This document shows positions 30,525 through 55,989 of a stretch of 64,000 nucleotides of DNA, in pieces. The stretch's first letter is position 1; every line of letters starts with the position of its first letter. This DNA is from the human T2T-CHM13v2.0 reference genome, Homo sapiens. Made by a program: the position numbers and the translations under genes. The notes beneath the pieces are model-generated. The model was not told the origin of the DNA. It ran no database searches and saw only the letters and a program-made list of their open reading frames with translations. The DNA lies in the NCBI RefSeq assembly GCF_009914755.1, contig NC_060948.1; one strand, given 5' to 3'.

Positions 30525-30955
30525 ATGATGTACATATACATAATGTATATATGTATGTTTTATATATATATGTGTACTATACATGCACATATAAACATTT
30601 TTATTTAAAAATGTACATATATTAATGTTATGTATATATATACACATGTTTTATATGTATGTGTATATGTTGTGTAAACATGCATGTGCATGTTATGGAT
30701 ATATGTATTATATGTTATCTACATGCATGTACATACATTATATACATGTACATTTACACATGTGTGAACATAAGCATGTACATATATGTATATATGCTTA
30801 TATGTTATACATTTATATTTACATGTGCATTTATAACATGTATTTATATGTATGTGTACATATATGTACACATTTAGGTATATGTACATATATGTTTAAA
30901 AGCATGTTTTTATATCTATTTTATTTATTTTTACAAAGAAAAACATGCATATTTT
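30525..30955. repeat. Degenerate (TA/TG/CA)n low-complexity tract
   Basis: Purine-pyrimidine alternating AT-rich run. Confidence 0.9.
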
Positions 30956-30974
30956 AATAATGAAAAATTATGCA

Positions 30975-33485
<2,511 letters not shown>

Positions 33486-33659
33486 ACCTAAGGAAACTGA
33501 CCACTGGTTTGGTAGACGTGGGCGTGGCTTTGAGATTCCCCCATGCTGCGATGTGGGGGGAGTCTGCTCTGTCTGTCCTAACTCTCTCTGATCTTCTGAC
33601 TTGGGAAAAACAAACTCGAAGTCAATCATTCCCAGCTCAAAGCCTTGTGCGAGTGCTCT

Positions 33660-33730
33660 CTGCCTTCACGTTTGCTTCCTTTGGGAGAGAACCTTTGATT
33701 GGGGATTCAGGAGGGGCCCGAGGAGCAGAG
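33660..33730 (+). pseudogene. ARSLP1: Probable homolog of the ARSE/ARSL 5' non-coding exon 1
   Basis: 'gattggggattcaggaggggcccgaggagcagag|gtgagt' resembles the remembered ARSE 5'UTR and ends in a strong splice donor; start approximate. Confidence 0.55.
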
Positions 33731-35202
33731 GTGAGTCCTGTGAATGTTCATTTGTGCTTGAATGGGACTCCATCCCCAGGCATAAGGTAGTGTGGTGAAC
33801 AAAGAGTTTCCCATTCCCTTTTCTGTCTCAGAATAATTGCCCAGATTGTTTTTATAAAGCAGAAAAGTACCTACTTTCTTACGGGCCTAGGAATGTAGCT
33901 CTTTCCTGGAGAAGGGGAATCTGTTTTCTAATCTGCAGGAGAGGCCTTGGGTAGGCCTAATGCTCTGGGTCATCTCAATGTCACAGTTTCCAAAATTAAA
34001 CTCATTCAAGGCTTTTATCACCATCCCTTTATTTATTTAACTTTTTGATTCATGAAAAAAATTTCATCTTTTTACTTATAAATACATATCATTGTGGGAG
34101 AAAGAAAAATTAGGCCGTGCACCGTGGCTCAGGTCTGTAATCCCAGCACTTTGGGAGGTCAAGGCGGGTATATCGCTTAAGCCCATGAGTTTGAGACCAG
34201 CCTGAGTAGGAGAGGAAATCCCACCTCTACATACAAGAAACAATAAATAAACAAACAAGAAACAATAGCCAGGCATAGTGGCATATGCCTATAGTTTCAG
34301 CTACTTAGGAGGCTGAGGTGGGAGGATTGCTTGAGCCCAAGAATTTGAGGCTGCAATGAGCTATGATTGCATCACTGCTCTCCAGCCTGGGTGACACAGC
34401 AAGACCCTATCTAAAAACAGAAAAAAAAAAAAAAAAAAGAAGAAGAAGAAAAATTAGAAAAAGAACATTTTCCTAAAGCTCTACACCCAGAGATAAACTA
34501 TTGCTGGGCAGCATTGCTGCAAACCATCTTCCCCTATTTTCTGGTGGTTTTGGGTTTTCTAAAATCTGAGACAGCTCTAAGATGATTTAGAAAGTCTATT
34601 TTGTCAAGGTTGAGGATGCTGCCATGACAGACACATGCTCCATACATGTGTGGAGGCTGATGCTCCACAGCCTCAGGAAGTCCTGATGACATGAACCCAA
34701 GGTGGTCAAGGCAAAACTTGATTTTATACATTTTAGGAAGATACGATTTTATACATTTTAGGAAGATATGTAATTAACATCTATTTGTACAGTATTTTGC
34801 CTGTATTTATTGTTTTCTGAACATTGGCAGTGTGTCATTGTAGGTCAGAAAGCAAAGCTGAGGGTATTAAAATGCTCCTTTGGTTTTCTCTCCATGTACA
34901 ATTTTAAATCAGTCTCTTTCCCGGTAAAGATGCTATTAGGTTGGTGAAAAGTAGTTGTATCTTTTGCTATTACTTTTATAATATTAGAATTGTGTGTGCT
35001 CTCTAGGGTAAAACATACAAACAAACAAACAAAAAAACCTATGAGCAAGGCATACACCTTATCCCTTCCTCCTGTTTTCTAAACAAAGCACAGGTGACAT
35101 CTGAGGTCTTTTTCTCTTCAACAGACAGAAAATTATTGGAGATGTAGCAATTCAGTGTTATGTACTCTTGTCTGTAATTTTTTTATTTTTTCTTTATTTT
35201 AA

Positions 35203-35349
<147 letters not shown>

Positions 35350-35820
35350 TAATTTATTCTTACGTTAGAATGTTTGACGTTGGCGTAGAAAGATAAATAC
35401 TGCTTTTTGTACGTTGATTTTTTGTCCTGCAACTTTACTGAATGTGTTCATCCATTCCAAAAGCTTTTTTTTTCAGGAGTCCCTAGTATTTTTCCTAAAT
35501 GGAAGATCATATCATCTACAAAGATAACTTGACTTCTTCCTTTCCAATTTAGATGTCCTTCATATATTTCTCTTACCTGATTTCTCTGGCTAGGACTTCT
35601 AGTACTCTGTTGGATAAAGTGGTGAAAATGGGCATCCCTGTCTTATTCCAGATCTTAGAGGAAAGGTGTTGAGCTTTCCCTATTCAGTATGATACTAGCT
35701 GTGGCTTTGTCACATGTGGCTTTTGTTGTGTTGGGCTATGTTCTTTCTATACCTAGGATTTTGAGAGTTTTTATCAGGAAAGGGGTATTGAATTTTATCC
35801 AATGCTTTTTGGCATCTAGC
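35350..35820 (-). mobile_element. Old L1 ORF2 fragment
   Basis: 'ctggctaggacttctagtact...gggcatccctgtcttattccagatcttagaggaaagg' antisense L1 motif. Confidence 0.85.
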
Positions 35821-36308
35821 TTATTTGTATTTCTAGAAATATTTATATTTGTATTTCTTCTATTTGAGCTGTAAATAATTACTATTTGGAAGGTTTTCTT
35901 CTCTCTTTCTCACTCTCTTTCCATCTCTCTGTCCCTCTTTCTGTCTGCCTTTGTCTTTCTCTCTGCCTCTTTCTTTTTCTGACTTTTTCTCTCTCTCCTT
36001 TTTTGCTTTCATTAAAGTTATATATGTACTAAATCAATACACACTCATTATGCTTTTTAGCATAATATCTGTTTTAAATCATCACAAGAATGCATTTCTT
36101 TTGAACATCACCTGACATCTGAAGAAAAGACACCAAATCTCCTTTCCTAGCCACCATAAATAAATCTCTTGACCATTTATTTACTTGATTTTTTTTCCTG
36201 TTTGTGTCCACATAAATACACTAGATCATCCATATCACATAGTGTATATGGCTTTGTCTTCTTTTATCACAACCTGTGATCAGCATTTTTCACTTTGTTA
36301 TTAAAGCT

Positions 36309-39424
<3,116 letters not shown>

Positions 39425-39689
39425 TTACACATTTTGTCTTCTCCCTGCTTAGAGAGCTTTATTTTTCAGTCCTTGAAAGAGTCTTTTTGGGCTAATGTTG
39501 GCAAGTATACCTACAATGTATATTTGCTTTGAAGTAGATGGATCCACCAATCTAGTACATATGTAAAACGGGATATATAAATGCCAACTACATCCACTAA
39601 TGCCTTCCCAAAACAACTTCACATCGAAAGCCTGACTGCTCAGAAACCTTCTTTACCTCATTGCCATTGATGTTAATATATTGTTTACC

Positions 39690-40933
39690 CAGTCTGGTTT
39701 TCTGTGCCATGAAGAATGTCAGTATTATAAACTGGGGGAGCTTTAAGCAACAGGAATTTATCCTGTCCCAGCCCTGGAGATCAAGAGTTTCAGATCAAGG
39801 TTTCTCAGGGAAATGTTCCCTCCAGAAGATCTAGGGGAGGCTTCTCCCTGCCTCTGCCAACTCCTGGGGGCCCCAGGTGTCCCTGAGCTTGTGGCCACAT
39901 CACTCCAGTCTCTGCCTCTGTCTCTATGTGGCCTTCTCCTCTGTGTCTGTGTCTCCTCTTCTGTCTCTTAGAATGCTGTCATTAGACTTAGAGTCCATCC
40001 TTCTCCATGATGATCTTGAGATATTAATTGCATCTACAAGGACCCCTTTTTTAAAATAAGGTCCCATTCACATAATCTGGAAATCAGGATGTGGATATAT
40101 CTTTTAGGAGGACTACACTGCAATCTACTGCAATTGAATCCACTTCTTTCTGGATGCTCTAGGGGAGGCTCCTTCCTGCCTCTCCCAGTTACCGGGGGCT
40201 CCAGGCATCCCTGGGCTTGTGGCCACATCACTCCAGTCTCTGCCTCCATCTCCATATGGCCTTCTCCTCTGTGTCCATGTCTCCTCTTCTATCTCTTAGA
40301 AGGACATCTGTCATTGAATTTAGGGCTACCCTAATCCAGGATTGTCTCAAAGTCCTTAACTTGATTATGTCTGCAAACCCCCTATTTCCAAATAAAGTCT
40401 CATTTATAGGCTCTGGGAGATATGACATGAACATGTTTTGGGGTCACCATTCAATACATTGCAGTTGTATCCACTTTCTTCTTGAGCCTCTAGGGGAGGA
40501 TTCTTCCTGCCGCTCCCAGCGCATGGGGGTTGCAGACTTCCCTGGGCTTGTGGCCACATCACTCCAGTCTCTGCTTCTGTCTCCACGTGGCCTTCTCCTC
40601 TGTGTCTGTGTCTCTTCTTCTGTCTCTTAGAAGGATATCTGTCGTTGCGTTTAGGGCCACCCTAATCCAGGATTATCTCAAGGTCCTTAACTTGATTACA
40701 TCTGCAAAAACCCTATTTCCAAATAAAGTCTAATTTATAGGCTCTGGGAGACATGACATGAACATGTTTTGGGGTCACCATTCAATACATTGCAGTTGTA
40801 TCCACTTTCTTCTTGAGGCTCTAGGGGAGGATCCTTCCTGCCACTCCCAGTGCCTGGGGGTTCCAGACGTCCCTGCGCTTGTGGCCACATCATTCCTGTC
40901 TCTGACTCCATCTCCACATGGCCTTCTCCTCTA
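39690..40933 (+). repeat. Tandemly amplified MLT1-type MaLR LTR segment, ~330-bp unit x ~3.4
   Basis: ctaggggagg recurs at 39831, 40159, 40490, 40821; 'cttgtggccacatcactccagtctctgc' in each unit. Confidence 0.88.
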
Positions 40934-41085
40934 TGGAATGAGGACTCTTATAAGGACAAGAGCCATTTGCAGTGAAGGACCCAACTTAAACCAATGCACA
41001 CTAACCAACAACAAGGTTAATAAAAAATATAAAATCAAACCTCTAAAGGGGAACTACATGAGATTGAATGTTTTAATGTCACTAA

Positions 41086-41472
<387 letters not shown>

Positions 41473-41514
41473 TGAAAATGTCACCTTGGCTTTGCAGTAA
41501 GGCATCCCTGAAAT

Positions 41515-42050
41515 TGTTCCCCGACCAAACCGAGGGTCGGGCTGCTTATTCTCATGGCCCAATAACGAGATGCAAATGAAAGAGGAAAGAAAGGAGTTTT
41601 ATTTCTGTAACCAGATACGGGGGAGAAGGGCTGGAAATGATCACTAGACCAACTCCAAATTACAAAGTTTTCCAGAGCTTCTATATCTTCTAAGCTGTAT
41701 GTCCACATGTAAGTGTGTTTTCATGTAAATACATACGTAATTCAATTTCCTTTCATCTGTAACTAAGGTCTGAGTCCTGAGGACCTTCCTCTGGAGCCTC
41801 AGTAAATTGACTTAATCTAAATGGGTCCAGGTGCTGGGGTGATTACCCTTATCTTGTCTTCTGCTAAGCATGGAGGTTTGGGGAGTTCCTTTAGACCCCC
41901 AATAAAACTTCATCCTAAATGGGTCCAGTTAAGAATTCCTTCCTTGTCTTGTCATGCTTCAAGGCCTAGGAGAGCACTGGGCCAAACTCTTGGTGGGCTT
42001 TTGTTAGATTCCAGCCTTTGTATAAGGGCCTGGGTCTTTCAGCTTTTTTT
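41515..42050 (-). mobile_element. ERV1 LTR (MER57-like)
   Basis: 'tgttccccgaccaaaccgagggtcgggctgc...ggcccaataacgagatgc'; family name tentative. Confidence 0.55.
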
Positions 42051-42054
42051 CCTT

Positions 42055-46320
<4,266 letters not shown>

Positions 46321-47233
46321 ATTTTTCATTTTTTAAATTACATATTATAGATGTTGCCTTTTAAGTTTTTAAAAACATTTTCATCAATAGCACAGCCTGA
46401 CCTACCATTGTTTCTGCTCAACAGCTCAGATAACTGGGTTCCTTGACACCATGACTGTGCATTACTCACCTGTCTCCTCTTGGTCATTGGATAATGTTTT
46501 TTTTTTGGAGGTCGACAGATGGAGAGTGCCTTTCTACTGCCTGTGTGTCCTCAATACTGCTCTGATTGGCCTTCTCCAGTCCACTGCTCATCCCATGGCT
46601 ATTGTGCCTGCTGAGTGCATCCCCAAAATGATCCACTGCATGAAGTTCATGGCAAGTCCAAATTCCTGTGGGGAGCTTGGAATACCTTATTTCTGAAGCC
46701 AGCCCTGCCCTACCTCTGAAACTTCAGCCCTGCCCTACCTCTGAAACCTTACTCCTGATAACCAGAGCTCTGCAATGTCCAAGCTCCAACTGTCCCGAGC
46801 CCAGTGATCTGAGGACAGGCTCGTCTTGTCGCTGCCTCACGGCCTTTGTACGAACAATTCCAACCACATGGAATGCACTCAGAGGACTGGACCTCCACAT
46901 GGCTGGCTCACTGTTGATGTGCATGTCCTAAGTCAAATATTACCTTCTCAAGCAGGCTTCTGGGATGAAAACCAAATCCCCTGAACTGCACTCACACGAA
47001 CCTCCACTGTTAACTATCCATCACCCATCATGTGAACCAACTGTACTTAATTTGGAGCACTTACACCTGGCCACAATTTTCTGTTTTGTTTTGTTTTGTT
47101 TTGTTTTACTTTAAATAGATGTGGGGTCTTGCTGTGTTGCCCAGGCTTATCTGAAACTCTTGTATGCAGGCAGTCCTCCTACCTCACACTCCCTGAGTGC
47201 TGGATTATAGGCGTGACTGCATATCAGTCACTC

Positions 47234-47239
47234 TAATTA

Positions 47240-47277
<38 letters not shown>
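47234..47277 (+). repeat. Y-STR DYS434: (TAAT)2(CTAT)9
   Basis: Repeat counted directly; flanks match remembered primers CACTCCCTGAGTGCTGGATT / GGAGATGAATGAATGGATGGA. Confidence 0.85.
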
Positions 47278-47702
47278 AATCCATCCATTCATTCATCTCC
47301 CTATCCATCTATGAATTATATTTATCTATTTATCTATGAATATCTGTCTATCCTTCCATGTATCTATGAATGATAGTTTTCTATTTATCTGTGAATATCT
47401 CTTTCCGTCCATCTGTCTATCCATCCATCCCTATCTATCTATCTATCTATCATCTATCATCTGTGAATGATGTCTATCTACTTATCTATGAATGATATTT
47501 ATCTGTGGTCTATCTACCTATCTATCTATCTAATCTATCTATCATCTGTGAATGACAGGGTCTTCCCCTGTTCCTCAGGCTGCATACAGCGCACTGGCAT
47601 AATCACAGCTCACTGCAGCCTCAATTTCCTGGTCTCAAGTGATCCTCCTACCTCAGTCTCCTGAGTAGCTGGGACTATGGGCGTGAGTGCATGCCCATCC
47701 GG

Positions 47703-47737
<35 letters not shown>

Positions 47738-47758
47738 GTCTGTCTATCTATCTATCTA
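47703..47758 (+). repeat. Y-STR DYS437: [TCTA]8[TCTG]2[TCTA]4 (14 repeats)
   Basis: Repeat counted directly; flanks match remembered primers GACTATGGGCGTGAGTGCAT / AGACCCTGTCATTCACAGATGA. Confidence 0.88.
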
Positions 47759-48182
47759 TCATCTATCATCTGTGAATGATGTCTATCTACTTATCTATGA
47801 ATGATATTTATCTGTGGTTATCTATCTATCTATATCATCTGTGAATGACAGGGTCTTCCTCTGTTCCTCAGGCTGCAGTGCACTGGCATAATCACAGCTC
47901 ACTGCAGCCTCAATCTCCTGGGCTCAAGTGATCCTCCTACCTCAGCCTCCTGAGTAGCTGGGACTATGGGTGTGAGTGCATGCCCATCTGGTCTATGTAT
48001 CTATCTATCTATGAATGACAGGGTCTCACTCTATTGCCTAGCATGGAGTGCAGTGGCATGATCATAGCTCACTGTAGCTTTGACCCCCTGGACTCAAGCA
48101 ATTCCAACCTCAGCTTCCTGAGTAGCTAGTACTATGGCATACACACCACACTGAGCTAATTTTAATTTTTTTTTTTAATGGA

Positions 48183-53230
<5,048 letters not shown>

Positions 53231-53664
53231 TTCCTTAAGAGGTGGTGATAGCCTCACCCTTGACAGCCAGAGCCTTAGAAGAAAAAAGTACTGTTATCTT
53301 GAAGACTATGGAATTATTTTGCCCCTGAACAGTGCAAGAGGACCTAAGCAACCCCCTTTGAGGGAAAATGGGTCACCTGGGCTGGAGGTAGAGATGTGAT
53401 ATTGTTTTGTAAGCTAGGATTTCCTACAAAATATGGATTTATACTTTGAGCAGATCTTGCATTGTGAGGGGATGTGAGGGGATGAGGTACGAAATGAAGG
53501 GGCTTGAGAAAATCAGTGACTAGGGTTCAAGAGAGTTAAAGACAAAAAGGTTCACTGCAGCCTCAACTCTCAGCCTTGATCTTTCTAGAGGTCAAAAGAG
53601 TTAAAAACAAAACATACAAACAAAAAAAGGGGGACCCAAAGATACAAAGAAAAGAATTACATGA

Positions 53665-54455
53665 CAGCCGCTCCATCCGGGAGGGAGGTGGGGGGCAGCC
53701 CCCGCCCCACCAGCCGCCCTGTCCAGGAGGGAGGTGGGGGGCAGCCTCCACCCGGCCACCGCCCCATCCGGGAGGTGGGGGGTGCCTCTACCCGGCCACC
53801 CCGTCTGGGAAGTGAGGAGCCCCTCTGCCCGGCCACCACCCCGTCTGGGAGGTGTACCCAACAGCTCATTGAAAACGGGCCATGATGACAATGGCAGTTT
53901 TGTCGAATAGAAAAGGGGGAAATGTGGGGAAAAGAAAGAAAGATCAGATTGTTACTGTGTCTGTGTGGAAAGAGGTAGACATGGGAGACTCCATTTTGTT
54001 CTGTACTAAGAAAAATTCTTCTGCCTTGGGATGCTGTTAATCTATAACCTTACCCCCAACCCCGTGCTCTCTGAAACATGTGCTGTGTCCACTCAGGGTT
54101 AAATGGATTAAGGGCGGTGCAAGATGTGCTTTGTTAAACAGATGCTTGAAGGCAGCATGCTCGTGAAGAGTCATCACCACTCCCTAATCTCAAGTACCCA
54201 GGGACACAAACACTGCGGAAGGCCGCAGGGTCCTCTGCCTAGGAAAACCAGAGACCCTTGTTCACATGTTTATCTGCTGACCTTCCCTCCACTATTGTCC
54301 TATGACCCTGCCAAATTCCCCTCTCCAAGAAACACCCAAGAATGATCAATAAATACTATTTTAAAAAAAATGCAAGTTACCTCCCTGCTATCCTGGCGTT
54401 TTCCTAATTACTGTAATAAATCTGTCTTTCTCTACCTACAAAAAAAAAAAAAAGA
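53665..54455 (+). mobile_element. 5'-truncated SVA (VNTR end + SINE-R) with 3' transduction and poly-A
   Basis: ccgggagggaggtgggggg VNTR units; SINE-R 'ggaggtgtacccaacagctcattga...aatgatcaataaa'; 19-bp TSD aaagaaaagaattacatga at 53646-64 and 54456-74. Confidence 0.93.
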
Positions 54456-55259
54456 AAAGAAAAGAATTACATGAGAGGGTAATGAGCAAAACTGCATCAC
54501 TCAAAAACAAAAGGATGAGTCACAGAAAAGACGGGGAGGGGTCCAGGGCACAGTGGTTAATCAAAAGGAGTAATTTCAACATCAGTCTGATGGAAGGAAT
54601 AAAGATAAAAATAGCAGTTGGAATTAGCCAGGCTTGGTGGTGGCCACCTGTAGTCCCAGCTACTCGGGAGGCTAATGCAGGAGAATCGCTTCAACCCAGG
54701 TGGAGGTGGAGGCTGCACTGAGCTGGGATCGCACCACTGCACTCCAGCCTGGGCCACAGAGTGAGACCCTATCTTAAAATAATAATAATGGTAATAAAAG
54801 GAAAAAAAAAAGAGTCCATCTAGCATTCCCCATCCCAAACTTAGAGTACAAGTCCAGCATCTGGAACAGACATTTCAAACACCAAGTTTTGAGAAACTGA
54901 AATTGCAGCTTGATTGCTCTGGGCAGGTCATAAGACCCTTCCCAACAAAAAGAAAAGAGACTCCGTGTGCTCAAACCTAACTGGGTTTGTTTATTTGTTT
55001 ATTTATTTATTTTATTCTTTGAGACAGAGTGTCACTCTGTAGCCCAGGCTGGAGTGCAGTGGCGCAAACTCCACCTCCCAGATTCAAGCAATTCTCCTGC
55101 CTTAGCCTCACCAATAGCTGGGACTACACACGTGAGCTACCACGCCTGGCTAATTTTTGTATTTTTAGTAGAGACAGGATTTCACCATGTTGGCCAAGCT
55201 GGTCTGGAACTCCTGACCTCAGGTGACCTACTCCTCTTGGCCTCCCAAATTGCTGGGAT

Positions 55260-55770
55260 CCTAGGCGGGAGCCGCAGCTCTGGGTCAATCACAACTGGGT
55301 TTAATCAGCTCCTCCTTAGCATCGGCCTCTCTGAGTGACGACCTGGGAAACCTGCTTCCACGCCCAGGTCCTGGAGATCCCTGAGGTCCCGAGAGCCAGG
55401 ACATGAGGCGGATGAAGGAGGGGCAGGCGTACACCCTAGATCCCATAGCTGAGAGAGATCACCTTGGCACTAGCAGAGCCCTGCGCAGAGTGCGCAAAGG
55501 TCCCTCGCTCTGGGCCAGCGATGGGCCATGCGATCAGCCAGCTTGAGTGGACGCACCCGCCCGCCGCCAGGTGCCAGGGACCCTGGGATGTGGCCCACAC
55601 TAAGGCTTGGGGTGAGGGCCTGGGGAGGGGGTCGCGAGCACGAAGGGTCCCTGTAAAGGGCGTGGTTATATCCGGCGCCCTGTAGTCCCCAGAATGTAGC
55701 TGGAGGCGGCTTCTGTGCCTGGGAAAGACGCCAGACATCAGAGCCCAGGGATAGGAGGCGACTGAGGGGA
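55260..55770. promoter_or_regulatory. GC/CpG-rich relic promoter around ARSD-pseudogene exon 1
   Basis: Visibly higher GC and CpG than surrounding unique DNA; contains exon 1. Confidence 0.6.
55528..55570 (+). pseudogene. ARSDP1: ARSD pseudogene coding exon 1
   Basis: ATGCGATCAGCC...GGACGC...CCCGCCGCCAG|gt resembles ARSD MRSAARRGRAAPAAR; 43 nt, out of phase with exon 2 (1-nt deletion). Confidence 0.8.
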
Positions 55771-55985
55771 TTCCTCGGTTATAACAAGGGGGTTAGTTAC
55801 ATTGGGTTTTAAGATACCTAAGTTTGACAGAAGCTATGCGTTGTTTTACAAATTTAAGAAACTAATTTTAATATATAATGGTTGGAAGACTAAACAAGAG
55901 AAGGAGAAAAAGGGTTCTGCCAATCCAGTAATTAGGGTAGTTAGTCATAGATTACAGTTAAACATGCTTTGTACTAGGGGGTGTC
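55769..55985 (-). pseudogene. env: HERV-T env, C-terminal TM remnant only
   Basis: Minus strand reads SMFNCNL*LTTLITGLAEP...FLKFVKQRIASVKLRYLKTQ. Confidence 0.75.
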
Positions 55986-55989
55986 ATGA

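Noticed and set aside
30625-30957. Tyr/Ile/Met/Cys/His-rich ORFs
   Set aside because: Artefact of (TA/TG/CA)n low-complexity DNA.
53850-54357. Apparent HERV-K(HML-2) LTR5 solo LTR
   Set aside because: Preceded by an SVA VNTR, truncated at the polyA signal and bounded by a long L1-type TSD, so it is the SINE-R part of an SVA.
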